Source of the DNA: Lama glama
Taxonomy: Eukaryota
Direction: 5' to 3'
Assembly (NCBI GenBank): GCA_028534125.1
Contig: CM052832.1
Span: 12,960,001 to 13,024,000 of the forward strand
DNA: 64,000 nt
Both the position numbers and the translations under genes were made by a program. Each line of letters opens with the position of its first letter. Positions within the stretch are counted from its first letter, which is position 1. The notes under the pieces are model-generated. The model was not told where the DNA came from and did not search any database. It saw only the letters and a program-made list of their open reading frames with translations. This document shows positions 25,893 through 40,240 of the stretch, one piece after another.

Positions 25893-27386
25893 TCTGAGAT
25901 TTAAAGGAGTAAAAGAGAATGTATGAAGAACAGGTCTAGCACATAGTAAGTGTTCAGTAAATGGTGTCTATTATTATTATTAAAGCCTAGAGTCGCTGGG
26001 GGTAAAATCCAGTTTCTAGTCATGTTATCAAGACTGCCATCAATTGCCAGGTGTAATGGAAGGAAGCAGGAGATACTGATCTGGGAAGAGAGAACAAGGA
26101 TAAGGGGCCAGGGGAGGGGACCCCATACTTAAGCCCCTCTGTGTGCTGGGCTCCCACACACCAGCCCCATCACCTCTCACATTCAGTAAGCAGGTACTGT
26201 TACCTCTGTTTACATGAGAGGAAACCAAGATTCTGAGAGCTGAAGCGAAAGAGAGGCAGGAGCCTTGAGTTCTCACCTCATCTTGTTCCAAAGTCTGGGC
26301 CTCAGTTTCCCCAAACAGGTTCAGTAAATCAGAGGGAGGTGGGTTTGGGTTACTGGGTCCATCTACGACATTTTAGAATTACTCAAGCAAGGGACATTTG
26401 ACCAGCCCTCACTTCTCAAAATTCACCCAAAGCTAATTTGTAAATAAGTAAGTAGATAAGAGAGAGAAAGAGAACTTATTTTTCGATTCACATTTGGGGC
26501 AGGGGACCTGCCAGGTAGTTTGTAATATTTGTGTTCACAGGTTGGGACACCCTCTCCCAGTCTCGAGGTGCCTAGGAAACCTAATTAATTATGGGATCAT
26601 GGAGCGCCACGTGTGCTAATACAGAATCAGGGCCGAGGGAGTTAGGTGTCTCAGGGGATATTTATAACAAGCCGTGGCAGTCTGGTGAGTCACTGCTCTG
26701 CTCTCCAAGAGGACACACCTGCCTCCCAGGATGGGAGGCTGCTGCTTACTGTCAGCTCCCCTTCTCCAACCGACAGGATTACAGACACATACACTGTTGA
26801 GGAGCCCTCCCCCCTTCCATGGGCTCCCGGGAGACACTGATCAATGCAATCCACTCCCTCCCCCATTTTAGCAGAATTTCCCAACAGCCTCCCATTTCCC
26901 AGACTGAGGCTGTGCTATCCACTGATGATGCTGCAGACTGGCTGCACCCTGGGAACATCTTATTCCAGAGGGATTCCTTCTGGGAAGGTTTTCTACGGTC
27001 AAGGCCAGCTGTGCAGCCAGGCTCTTGAGCAGCCTCCATCTGGGGCCAATTCTTCCGGGATGCAGAGAGGCAAAGGCCAGAGAAGAGAGGGGAATATTGA
27101 GCCCTTTCTTTGTGCCAAGCCCTGGACACTTGGCATCCCTCAGCTCACTGAAGTGTCACAATAAGCAGGATGATGGGTTCCCTCAACCCATGTTTTACAA
27201 ACAGGGAACCTGAGATCCAGGGAAAAGCAGCTGAAAAGGAGCACACAGCTAAAAAGTTCCAGCTAAAGCCAGGTTCCAACCTAGGTCTGTCTAACTCCAA
27301 AGCTCTAAAGCTAAGATCATCTCAAGCTATCAGACGAGTGGTATAGAACGTATATATATCACATAACACTCAAAATACTGAGAGGA

Positions 27387-27498
27387 AAAAGGTGACAATG
27401 AATATATATATGTTCATGTATAACTGAAAAATTGTGCTCTATACTGGAATTTGACACAACATTGTAAAATGATTATAAATCAATAAAAAATGTTAAAA
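27387..27498 (+). mobile_element. Short young L1 3' end, same family as the 45-kb copy
   Basis: Closely similar to ~45850-45960 (gtgacaatga...ctgaaaaattgtgct...ctggaatttgacac...gattataaatcaataaaaaatgttaaaa). 15-bp TSD aaaatactgagagga at 27372-27386 and 27499-27513. Confidence 0.9.
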
Positions 27499-28259
27499 AA
27501 AATACTGAGAGGAGGGCCAAATAGAGAAAGAGGAATACCTCCAAACTAATAGGACATAGTCAATGGCAAAAAAAAAAAAAAAAAAAAAGGAAGAAAGGAA
27601 AAGGATGAGAGAAAAAAGTACACAGGACAGATGAAACCAATAGAAAGTACAGAGTAGATTTAATCCTAAATATATTCATAATTACATTAAATATAAATGG
27701 ACTAAATGCTCCCATTAAAAGATAAAAGTTGTCAGAGTAGATAAAAGGACAAACTCTGACTCTCTGAGGTTTACAAGAGATCCACCCAAGACATAACAAG
27801 GATTCAGGAAGGTTGAGGGGCATAGCCCAAGTCTGAACCAGGGAACTCTGAGGCTGCAAGACCTGCCCCCTCAGATCTCAGCCCTCCAGCCTGTCCCTTT
27901 CTTGCCTGAGCCTCAGTCATCCCGTGAGCACTTAGGCACTGGCATTAGATTAGCCGACAGTGTGCTCCCGGGTTTTCTTAGGTGACTGGAGCCTCAGTGT
28001 CCTCTTCTGTAAAATGGAACAGTAATTAATACCTTAGAGGGCTGCTGTAAGAGCTGGAGACAACATGTTCACGGCAAGCAGCACACAGTGGAATTCTTGT
28101 TATGGTTTTTTTTGTTGTTGTTCATATTATGATCATTTTACATATAATGACAGCCTGAGGGCGCGCCCATGTGCAGGCACTTCAGGTACTTATCTCTCTT
28201 GTACTTAGCTGGCTCTCCCCACTGTCCCCCCAGGGCAGACCCCCTCCTCTGTCATCCAG

Positions 28260-28578
28260 GCTCACACTCCCTTGTCTATAATTCTGAAATCCAAAAGCTC
28301 TAAAAACCAGACTTTTAAAAAATAGGTTTGATATAAACTGATTTGGCCACAAATCTGGTCTGCCCTGATGTGAGGTTCTTTAAAGTCTTTATTATGTCTC
28401 TTACTGCTCGTACATTTTGCTGCAAAAGCTTTGCTGTGTTTAATTAAGGGTGCTGCTCAGACCCTGCTGGGTGTTCTGTAGTGTCAGCACCCGTATCACG
28501 TGACCTTTCTGAATCTGGAAAGCTCTGAAAACCCACAGGCATCTGACCCCAGGGCTTTGGGTGAGGGACTGTGAATCT
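28260..28578 (-). mobile_element. MER46C-like Tigger DNA transposon
   Basis: attctgaaatccaaaagctctaaaaacc...gggtgctgctcagaccctgctgg...gggactgtgaatctg. Confidence 0.75.
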
Positions 28579-31500
28579 GCAGTAATGACAGCCTGAGGGC
28601 CCGCCCTGTGATGGCTCCTCAAGCACTTATCTCTCATCCTGGTCCCAGCCCCAAAGGTGGATGCTAGTCCCTCCGTCTCACACAAGAGGGTACTGAGGTC
28701 CAAGGTTATGCAGCTGGGAAAGAGGCTGAACCAAGTCTCTCTGAGTGCCCAGCCTCCCACACTGTCTCTTCTGTACCCCGTTCCTCTGTTTCATTAGGAG
28801 CTAGCCTCCTGCTCCCATTCTCTGTCTTTGTGATGCTCCTGGGACTTCTGTGTACAATAATGCCTAATTTCGTCCATTTGACTGTATTCATTGAGGGCTT
28901 CTCACTCTCTGATGTGCACACAGAATCTTAAGATGCTGATTCTGAGTTAAGAGGTCTGGGTGTGATGTTCTGCATTCCTAACCAGATTCTAGTTGTTGGA
29001 TCCCACTTTGACGAGTAAGTGGCTAAGAGACAGGTGAGGACACAGAGTTGAATTAGACTGCTGTTATTACTCTCGTGTACCTGATCCGGAGGTAGGTTCT
29101 GTTATTGTTTTCATTTGACAGATGAGGAAACCAGCACAGAGAGGTTAGGTCACTTGCCTAAGGTCATACAGCTCAGAAGTGGCAGAGCCAGGATTTGAAC
29201 CCAGTGAGCCTGGCTGCAGACTTTATGCTGTTAGCTACTTTACAACACATGAGTTGGAGAACTGGTCCCTGTCAGTGCAGTGTGATGAGACAATCATTGC
29301 AGGCAGGACTGGCAATACTGGAGAGGAGGGCTGGGCTCCTTTTTAGCACATGGTCAGCTTTCAGGGTAAGTTTAAACACTGCTTTAAACACCAATTTTCT
29401 TTAGATCTTTCTAAAATGGATTGTACATCTTCCTGCTGTACATACTTTAATCTTTTCTCGATAACTCAAGGCCACTATTATGATTACTGATGTTTATAAC
29501 AGCTTTCAGTTTCTCATAGCTATTTCTATGCATGCTTTTAATAAACTGTGGGCTGAGAAACCAAGTGACCAACCTCATTAGAATTAGGTATAAAGTAAGG
29601 GTATGTAGGTGCAGAGTGAGGCTCAAGCAGTGTTTTTAAGTCAGGCATGCTTCATCTTTTGTGCATAAAATGTATGAGATTCAGTTTGGTTGCTCATTTA
29701 AATATTTTTGCTTATTTCCTGGTTCGTGGAAGTATTTTTGAGAGTTGAGGGGGCTGATTAAGCATTCTCTCTATCCGATTTTCAAACTGGAATGTGATCA
29801 GACTCAGGGGAATTTCCAAAGCTGCCTAGAATCCTATTCTGTAGTGGGATGTGAGCCTTTGCATTTTGAAAAACTGTATTTGGAATCGTCAGCACTTATT
29901 GAGCACCTACTGTATCCTCACAAGCACTGGGCACGATGGACCAAAAAACTTGCAAATCCAGTCCTCAGGCGTTACACCAAGTTGAGTAGACAAGCTGAAA
30001 CACACAAAATCAACAAAGGCTAGTTCCCCTGCAAACAGGGCTAGTGACAGCTGCACCGCAGCACAGTGAGGACATCTGTGAGGAGGGGAAAGGAGGCCAC
30101 TTGGTGTGATCAGAACAGCTTGGATGCAGCGTCAGCAAACCTGGCTCTGAATTTCTGCTCCCTGACCCGCCAGCGGACTCAGATCCTCTGTAAACATCAT
30201 CAGTTTCCTCACCTGTGAAATGGGGATAAGCTACTCTCCCTCCCACAGCTGTTGTGATGTGAGGAGGCCTAGGAAAGCATCACCTCCGTTAAAAATAAAT
30301 AAGTAAACCTAATTTCCTGCCTCCTGCAAAAAAATGTTAGTTTTGTTATCTCTGGGTAATATTCTATGAGCAAATTTTATTTTCTCACTCATGCTTTTCT
30401 TTTTTTCTACATTTTCTACAACAAATGTGTTACTTTAACAAATAGGAAAAAAAAAAAGAAACATTAATATCTTTAAAAAGTAAAAAAAAAAACCCTGTCC
30501 TCAGGAAAGAAATTTTAAACTCATTTTGTACTCCATACTCTTAAAGGAGTCACGGTTCCCATGAAGGAGTTGTATTTTCAGGGAAAATGAAGTTTTCTAT
30601 TAAAGGTATGACGTTCTAATGGTGGAATTTCGAGCATCAGTGACCTGAAGTGTTTGGAGGGCAGCAAGCCTCCTAGTTGCCTTGAAATCAAACCCCAGAA
30701 GCCTCCTTCCCTGGTCTTCCTCATGAAGAGGATGTAAGGACGGCCAGAAGTGGGGAAAGTGGAAGTATTCAGGGTGGACGGAGTCAGGACTTCCCAGACA
30801 GAGCACCTTGTCACCAACATATTTGAAAGGAATTAGAATCAAATGGACGTTTATGTTGTCAGTCAAAACAGTGACCGAGTTTTTGTTCCCCTTCTTGGGA
30901 AAATCACTGCCTCCTTCCCTCCAAAAGGAGGAGAAGAGAGAGAAAGAGCCTTAACAAACACTATCAAACTGCCATCAGTGATGACCTCTAGTGTGCAGGG
31001 GAGGGGTGAATGAGGAGGGGGGAGACGAGGAGGGGGGAGACGGGGTTTCCTTTTTACCTCTTGTCCCTTATACAGTTAGAAAAGAGAGAGCATTATAGAT
31101 GATTTTTATTTTGTGCTTATGTGGGTTTTTTTGGTAGCCCTTAATTTCTTAAATTGTGAACACAAGATACTTTTGTAATCAGAGAAAAAAATGTCATAAT
31201 GAAAGGACCAAACAGATGTGGCTGGCCACTGGGTGGCCATCCTGCTACCCCCACCTTCAGGTCCCGACCACCCTCACTCTAGGGCCAGCATCCTTGGGCC
31301 TGCAGCTGCCCACACTTGCCAGGGGGTGGGAGACAGGGCAGAAAGCAAGCAGCCTTGGTCCTCTGCTCTGCCCACTCCGGCCCCTCCAGGCAAGGCTCTG
31401 ACCCCTGGGCAGCCAACCCAGTTGACTTACATCGACGTCACAGCCTTAGCTATATCCCCAAGCTTGACCCTATCTGTGCTTCCCTGTCCTGTGCCAGCTG

Positions 31501-32520
31501 CCAGGCCTCCCTGCTTAGCTGGACTCTGGCCCAGCCCCTTCAGACCAGTCCTTTCCTGGGCTTAGGAATGCCCCAGCGATTCACTCACTGGCACATGGTA
31601 CTTGGCAGGGTATTAGATGCTAAAACTGCAGTCCCAAGAAAGGCACCTCCAACCTTCACACGGGCTGTCAGGAATTTATCTGGCCTTGGAGACCAAGGCA
31701 TGCCCTCTGGGTCAGCAGATGAGCATAGCACAAGATCAACAGAGAAGGCTGAGCAAGAGAAGTGCGGCCCTAATTTATGAGGCCACCTGTGAAAGCATCA
31801 CAGACATTGGGGTCCTGAGACACCTGTACAGTCGTGCCTCCAGTAATTGTAATCCCAGCTGCGGGACCTTGAACATCCCTCTGACCTGTGCTTCCCCCAT
31901 CGGTAAAATACAAGTGATAATGATCTCTTTTATCCAGTGGTCCCATCAGGAGCAAATAGGTTAATGTATGTGAAAGTGCTTTGTGAGCCGAAAGTGCTTA
32001 AGTGGTATTTTCTGTGAAAACCCTTTCTGGCACTTCAAGAAATTTAATGAAATCAACTACTCAAGTGTTTATTTTTTACCTACCAACTATGGGTGCCCGG
32101 TACTTAGTTCCCATAGCAAGTCAAGAAATAGAAGGTGCATAAGGCTTCTCACCAAGGACCTTGTGCTCAATTTAGGGGAAGTGGAGGACTCACAGTAAAA
32201 GCTTTTTTTTTTTTTTCTGTCAATGATTGGGAGCTAGAATCGGGGACATTCAGCCACAGGGGAACAGGGGAGGGACAAGATCCCCAGTTTGGAGGAAGAC
32301 AAATCTGAGTACAGATTGGGGCTCTTTCCCTCACTCAGTTCCACGAGATGGTGGGTAAGTCAGCTTCTCTCACTGCCTCAAGTTCCCAGGCTGTAAATAA
32401 GTAGTGATGCCTACCACAGTAGTTGCGGTGAGAATGAAGGAAAATAATATATAAAGTGCCTAATTTGGTCAATATTATAAACCCCTCCGAACTGAGGGAA
32501 TCAACAATGTTCTCCCCCTT

Positions 32521-33267
32521 TTAAAATTTATTTTCAATTATGGCAAAAAACACAAAATTTACCATCTTAACCATTTTTAATCGTGCAGCTTAGTAATTTT
32601 AAGTATATTCCCATTGTTGTGCAATCTCTAGAACTTTTTAATCTTTGAAACCGAAACTCTATACCCATTAAACAATTCTCCATTTCCCCTCCCCCTTGTT
32701 CCTGGCAACCACCATTCTACTTTCTGTTCTATGAACTTGACCACTTTAGATACCTCCCGTAAGTGGAATCATGCACTTTTTGTCCTTTTGTGTCTGGCTT
32801 ATTTTACTTCACATAATGTCCTCAAGGGTCATCTATGTTGTCACATGTGACAGGAGTTCCTTCCTTGTTTTTTGTTTTGTTTTTTAAGGAGTTCCTTCCT
32901 TTTTAAGGTTGAGTAATATTCTCTGGTATGTACCATGTTTTGTTTATCCACTTATTCTCAATGGACGTTGGATTGCTTCTCTCTCGGTAGAATTGTAGAT
33001 AACACTGTAGTGAACATGAGTGTGCAAATGTCCCTTTGAGACACTGCATTCTATTCTTTTGGATGTGTACATATCCAGAAGTGGGATTGCTGGATCATAT
33101 GTAGTTCTATTTTTAATTTTTTGAGGAAACTGCATACTGTTTTCCATAGCAGTTGCGTCATTTCACATTCCCTCCAATGGTGCACAATACGTCCAGTTTT
33201 TCCGCATCCTTGTCAACACTTGTTCTCTTCTACTTCTTAAAAGTAGCCATTCTAATGGATGTAAAGT
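32521..33267 (-). mobile_element. L1 (L1MA/MB-like) ORF2 end and 3' UTR
   Basis: ORF 32944-33147 contains L1 ORF2 remnant YDPAIPLL; ctggcaaccaccattctactttctg; ttgaggaaactgcatactgttttccatagc. Confidence 0.9.
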
Positions 33268-36200
33268 AAATAGGGTCTCTTTTTGCGAAATGATTTCATT
33301 TCTTCTCACCACTCCAGCAATGCTGCAAATGAGTCTGATTATGGAATTGACTCAACATTTGGTCTAAGGAGTGAGTTTTCTCTGTGATCCTTGGAGAATC
33401 AGGCCAAGTTGGGCAGGGATGCCAGTGCTTTCTACCTGCTGAGACCTGCCCACCATGGCCTGTGACTGCGGAGGCCCACATATGAGCCGCAAAGGGTGGC
33501 CAAGACTGCTGTTCTATTTGTTTTGGCTCAAAAGATGCCACCAAGGACACGAGAGACCCTCCAGGGGGACCAGACCCCTTGTCATCCTTCTCAGTGATCT
33601 CTTACCACTGTTATCTTGCTCCTGACATGTCTCCCAAGGTTACTTTTGATAAAAAAATTCTCATTGAGATGTTCAAAGCCAGGACTGTTTGGCACTGTTG
33701 GATGAACTTTGGGGGCAAGGCCTCGAGGTACGACTGAGAGCCAAATAGATGTGGCTTGCATGGTGGTGCTGCCCTGCTGGAAGAGGTCCCTGCACTTGGG
33801 ATGCCCAATGAAAAGCTCAGGTGCCGTCTAGGAGAGAGAGATGAGCAAGAGAAAATGCCACACGTGGGGCCTTGCAGAGAGAGAACAGCAGTCTTTGAAG
33901 GGCGCAGCTGAGCAGGGCCAGTGGTGCTTCCCCAAAGGAGACAGTGAGTGCAGTGGTTAGATCGTGGCTTGTAAAGTCAGAAGAGACTTGGCTTCAAACC
34001 CAGCCGGGCTCCACCACTTACTAACTGTGGTCTTGGGCAAGTTATGAAGCCTCTCTGAGCCTCAATTTCCTTATCTTTAAAATGGGAACAAAACGCAGCC
34101 TCAGTGAGTTATTATGAGATCCGTGTTGTTCACCACAGTGGCTACTGTTATTAAGCAGCCTCCACCCAGCACCTGTGTGCCAGGGGCTTTTTCAAGTACC
34201 TTCTAAGCACGCAGTGTGATACGGCAGTCAAGAGCGAAGGCTCTACGGGATTGACAGACCTTGGTTAAAAGCCCAGAAGTGCTACTTGTTAACTGTGGGA
34301 CCCCAGACAAGGCTGTTAACCACCCTGGGCTTCAGCCTGCTCCTCTTTAAAATGGGTGTGATAAACGGGGATAATGCTTGTTCCCCCAGGGATCACACAG
34401 TGCTTTCATTCAGCAAGTGTTCATGACCTGCCTTTGCCAGGTCTGAAACCATCGGTTTCAAAGGTGTTTACTCCAGCCCAGAGAAGAGACTCAGTGGCAC
34501 TTGTGATTGGAAAGGTCTGCAGCAGATTTCGCATTCTGGAATGAAAATGCCATCAGACTGTGGTACTGGAAGAATGCTGGCCTGAAGTCTTGGGGCCAGG
34601 AGAGAGGGCAGTTGTCCCTTTGAAAAGGCCTCCCAGTAGACCCACTGCTGACTACTCAGTCCCTCATTTTCCCTAGGAGAGTGTCCTGGGCACATTTGTC
34701 CTGCCCCCTTCTGGCTGAGAGCTGGTGGGAGCAGGCATGTTGGCTGCGGGCTACAGGGCTCCTCCATCCACGCCCTTGCCATCCAGCCACATGCATGCTG
34801 CCTGTGCCTGGTCAGATTCCTGTGTTCTCAGGCTCGCTGCCTCCCAACTCCAGGCAAAAAGTGGCCCCCATCACCAAGGAGTTCTGTGTGAGCCTGCCAT
34901 GGGGAGCCGGGCCAAGATGGTCTCTCGTCAACCCAGACAGAGCAGGAGAGAATAAGAGCTGGGGTGGGGGCCCTGGCTGAGCCCTGGGGGACGCAGGACT
35001 GGCCCCTGGGAGCATCGCTGACCCGAGCAGCTGTGCCTAAGAGCACCTGCCTGGGCCAACTCCTCTCCCCCTCATCCCGGGGAGGCTCCGCGAACCAGCC
35101 GCCTAGTTTCTCCTCCTCCTCCAGGCCTGTCACCATTTCCACACACCGCAGGGTCTGTGGGGGTGGAGGCTTTTTCCAGACATGTATTTAAGTGAGGAGA
35201 GAAAACAAGGCGAGTCGCCCAGGATTTGCCAAGTCAGTAGGCAGGAACTCAACCCGAGAGGCCAAAAATAAGACACCGGCGAGGGTCACCCTGCTCTCCT
35301 GAGCTGGGGATGGTTTATGGACTGTGCTGAACACTCCACAATCACGCTTCTGTCTGAGGCTGCCCCTTGATCCCAGGGCATCGGTCTCCCGGTCAGAAGG
35401 TAGCAGAGCCCTGAATGTGGGCAGTGAGTAATGGTGACTCAGGGAAATTCGAAAGGACACAAGGAACACCCCCGAAGTCATCTGGGGACATGCCCTGGTT
35501 CCCTCTGCCGGTCAGGGAGCCAGGAGTTCTGGTCTCCATTGTAAAGGAGGGATTTCTAAAGTTTTCTCTGGAACTTTGGCAGAATTCTTCAGGATCTTTC
35601 AGAGGAAGCATTACACTTTGGGTATTTTTGGGGGGAAATTACTAAGATTTTCTTTCACTTTTATAGCTATTTATGAATTAGCTCCTTTTCTGTTTTAGCT
35701 CCAGATTATATTTGTCTCTTTATTCTGATGGGGCATCTGTTCCCTTGTATGACGAACAGTACTCCACAGAGCAAATAATGACAGTAATAATAGCTAACAT
35801 TTATCCAGCCCTTACTGCGTGCCAGGTACTGGTCTCTCCACGTATTTTTGTGTTTCATTAAACGTAAGGCTCCGTCAGTCTTCAGATATATCACGTATGA
35901 TGTAGCACTAAAGAATGCTGCCAGTTAATCCATGACACGCCGTTGATTTTAAGACTCACCCAGATTTCAGAAATGTTAAAACAGAAATCTTAGAATCAGT
36001 GACACACAGTAACTGATTCTTAGTTGTTATCCTTGCCTTAGAGAGGGGTAAACTGAGGAACAGAGAGGTTGAGTAAAACTGCCTGATGTCACATATTGAA
36101 TATGTGGTGGAAGTGGAGTTTGAACCCAGAGTCAGGCTCCAAAGCCACTGTGCTATATCGTGTCTGAGGAAGTGGTATCTGTCTGTCCAGGGGCAGGATA

Positions 36201-37189
36201 TGGGAAGGACATAAAATAAAAGAGTGAAAGCTGGACCCCACCCTCTACTCCCTCTTCCTCATCACTCCCAGGACCAGTGGTAATGTGCCTTCTAAAAACT
36301 GCTCCCAGATCTTGCTCTTCCTCTCACTCCCAGCCACTGGCACCCTGGTTCTGTGTCCTTCCTCGCTTCTGTCTTCCCCTGCTTGGACAATTGCAGTAGC
36401 TTCTTAGCTATCACCCTCCTCCAATCCCTCCACCCCTCCCACACACTGAACCAGAGGCATCTTCCTAAAATGTGAAGCTGGCCTTTCACTGTTCCAAACC
36501 CTCTGAGGGATCCAGATCCTAGTGAGCATTTCCTCATTCACTCAGCTGTTTCAGCACCTGCTGTGTGTCAGGCTCAGAGGATGGGAAGGTAAGCAAATCC
36601 CAGTGGCCCACAGCCAGGGTACGACAGAGAAGTGAGACCCCTCAGCGGGCAGCTACGACCCAGTATGAGAACGCTTCCATGGGAGGGTGTGCTGGGCCCA
36701 CGGGTAGAGCACCTGCTCTGGGGACTCAGGGACCCCTTCATGGAGGTTGAGTGGGTGTTTACCAGGCAAAGAACAGCAAGGATTCCCAGGCAGAGGGAAC
36801 AGCATGTGCAAAGGTCCAGAGCTGAGAGAGAGGTTAGAGCAGAGTGTCAGTGGGGTGTGTCCCAGATGAGTCTAGGACAGGCTAGGAGGTGGCTGGGCAA
36901 GGCTGTCTCTTACTGGCCCCACCTTTCTTTTTCAGCCTCTGCTTCCTTCTCTTCCTCTCCCTAGAACATCCCCCTCTGCAGTAGGTACTTGTCTCCCAAA
37001 CAGGCATCTTCCTCTTCCCACATGCTCCATGGACATCGACCCTCTGCTCAGCCAACTCATCCTTCCAGATGCTCCCTGATGAAAGCACACCTGATCTTTA
37101 ACTTAGCTCTCTGAGCTCTGAGCCAGGCAGAAGAAGCCTGGGAAGCTGGTGTTGGGTTCAGTGGGGCAGGGGGTGGGGATTTGGAGAAT

Positions 37190-37740
37190 TTTGACAGAAT
37201 TCAGCTGAGTAAAAAGCCAAAGTTCTTACAAAGGCCTACAAGACCCTGCACAGTCTGGATTAACCACCCTCAGACTTGGACCCTGTCTTCCACCACTCTC
37301 CCTTGAGCCAGCTCTGCTTCAGCCACAGTGGTCTTCTTGCTGGCCCTTAAATATGGCCCCCACCCCACATTCCTACCCCAGGTCCCTTGCACTTGCTGTT
37401 TCTAATACACCTTTTCCCTCTCTTATCTGTACAGCTCCCTTCTTCATCTTCAACAGGTTTTGCACACATATCACCTTTCAGAGACATCCAATCAAACATC
37501 CTATTTAAAATTGCAATCCCCATCTCAAGTTCTTCCCTTTTTCTCCATAGCACTCACCATCAAGAGCTCGTATGATTCACTTATTTATTTGTTCACTGTC
37601 TGTCTTTCCCCATGAGAAGTGAGTTCCAGGAGGGCACGGATTTGGGTCTGTCTGGTTCACTCTGTATCCCCAGTATCTAGCAACAGTACCTGGAGTACAG
37701 TAGATGCTCAATAAATATTTGTTGGTTGAATGAATGAATT
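37190..37740 (+). mobile_element. L2 3' end
   Basis: aaggcctacaagaccctgca...ttgcacttgctgtt...gtagatgctcaataaatatttgttggttgaatgaatgaat, the L2 terminus. Confidence 0.85.
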
Positions 37741-39451
37741 CTGAGTTCTGACTGTGTGCCAGGCAGGTTTGCCCTGGGAGCCATGGAGGATGGAGACCTG
37801 AAGGAATGGGGTCTCTGCCTCTGCAAGGGTGCTGGCTGAGCTGGTTCCAATGGGCAGTGGGACAGGTCCCTGACAGCCAGGTGAGTTCTGGGTGAATCAC
37901 CACTAATGAGATGGTGAGGGCCACGCCAAGCTGCTTCCCACACGGACAGCCGACAGGTCACTGCCTGTCACCAGGAAACTCCTCAGTAAGGATTGAACAG
38001 GACCCTGAGCTGGGGTGGGAGGAAGTGCCCGCCTCCCTCGAGACCCCACCCATTCCTGAGGACTGAGTCGGCTTACCTGGGCTCCCCCACCCTCAGGCCT
38101 TGGCGAGACACTGGTTTCTCAACCTTGGCTTTGAGATTTCCTTCCTAAAAGGAGTTTCGCTCACTGCATCCCACGCCCTCCCGGGCAGGGCCTGTTTGTC
38201 AGCTAGCCCTGTCTGGGTCACCGAGTCTACAGAGGGAAGGCAGCCGGGCCTGGCACACCCTAGGACCCCCCAAGCAGCCCTAGAGAGAGTCAGTCGATCA
38301 GTTGACCAGAATTTAAGTGGGTGGATAGGACCAACGGGACTTTTAAAGCCCCAATGGACAGTGTGACATGATCTCGATGACCACATTCCACCTGCCCCAT
38401 TGGAGCCTTGGGCCCACCCGAGCCCAGGCAGGATGACCACCAAGGGTCAGGGCATCCATCTTCATGAGCCTCCTTTTCCTCATCTGCAGAGTGGGGCAAA
38501 GCCTCCTGCCCTGTGGGTGGCTGCAGGGCCAGGATGAGATCATGGGTACACAGAGCGAGGAATGCAGGTGGGTAGCCAGGCTTCCACCCCACAGCCCAGA
38601 AGATGTGGCCGATGTGGCAGACGTCTGGGAGGCAGCTGGCCAGGTCCCATCCCAGAGTGAGCAAGGCTGATCCATCAGTACCTCTGTCCCCTCCTCTCAG
38701 TCAGGGCACTAGAGGAAAACACTAAAAGCCCCTACTGGGTTGCCTCACCCCAGCCTTCTGTCTGGGTCTGAAATCCCCACCCTTATTTATTTGTATCACT
38801 GTAACATGTCTACTGCTTTCAACAAATATATTTGTTGGCCAGTTAGCAGATGTCAAAGGGGTACTGCCCAGCTGCCAGGCACAGTGCCCGCTGGATGGAT
38901 GCAGAGATGGCAAGGCCTGGCCCTGTCTCAAGTGCACAGTCTTGTAAATACACCATGCGTGAAAACACCGGCAGGGCTCTCATACACACACATACCTACG
39001 CAGGGCTCCGAGGGCGCTCCGAGCAGGGAGTGGTTGGTAGGGTGAGGCGGGGGTTGGGCAGACCCTCACAGAGGAGCTGAAGCTTGAGCAGGGCTGTCCC
39101 TGTGCTTTGCTGACCTGCATTGTCATTCACCCCTCACCACAGTCTGTGATGTGGCAGCACAGGTATCATCACACGCGTTTTATGGAGGACAAAAGCCAAG
39201 GTTCAGAGAGGTGAAGAGACTCGCCCAAGGCCTCCGTGCCTGTGAGTGGCAGGGGCTCATCTGGAATCCCAGTTTCCCAGTCCCCCACGCCCTGACCTGA
39301 GTTCCTTCCTCCCCCCGTGTGTTCGTTTATACAGCAAACACTACACAGGTGCTTGGTATGTGCTGGGCGCTGTCCACACGTTGGCCAGTTAAAGAGGTGG
39401 CAAGGTATGGTCTAGCAGAGAAACCACACACACACCCAGATGCTGAAGTCC

Positions 39452-40240
39452 TTCATTCAGTTTTCCATTCAGCAGGTTCCCTGACCACCTACTCTGCACC
39501 AGGCAGTACATCTGGCGCTGAGGATACAGCAGTCAACAAAATAGGCAGAGAGCACTGCCCTCAGGGAGGTTTTCTTCCAGTAGGAAAGTAGACAATCAAG
39601 TAAGCAGGCAGGTCCCTGACGGAGCATCCCACAGGGTAAGGAAACCAGGAGAGCCAAGGTGCTATTTTAGTCACAGTGGTCAGGGAGGGCCTTTCCAGAA
39701 TAGGTCATGTTTGCTTGTGGTTGTTTTTGAGATGAAATTTGAGCAGAGGAGGTCTGTGGACAGCAGAGGAAATGTACCAGGCAGAGGGGACAGCAGTGCA
39801 AAGGCCCTGAGGCAGGAGTGTGCTGGGGATGTTCCCAGGAGCGTAAGGGAGCTGAGAAGGTAAGGGAGGGAGTGGTAGGAAGTGAGATCAGGGAGGTAAC
39901 GGGAGTTGGGGAGCCACAGATCCTAAAGGAGGTTAGGGTGAGGTCTCTGCTTTCAACCCTGAGTGAGATGGGAGCCACTGGAGGGTTTTGAGCTGAGGAT
40001 TGACCTGATTTGACCTAGGTTGTAAAAGGATCTCTCTGGCTGCTCTGGAGAAAGACTCCAATGGGGCAATGGATGGGGGAAGGCAGGGAGACAAGGGGGC
40101 TACCAAGATCATCCAGGCAGCACTGGGCCAGGTTGGTAAGCAGTAGAGTGGGAAGAAGTGGGCACATTCAGGATGTTCTGAAACTAGTTCCAACAGCATT
40201 TGCAGACAGACTGGACAGGAGGTATGAGAGAAAGTGAGGT
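39452..40240 (-). mobile_element. L2 fragment
   Basis: cagcagtgcaaaggccctgaggcagga...gggagccactggagggttttgagc...aaaggatctctctggctgct. Confidence 0.82.
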
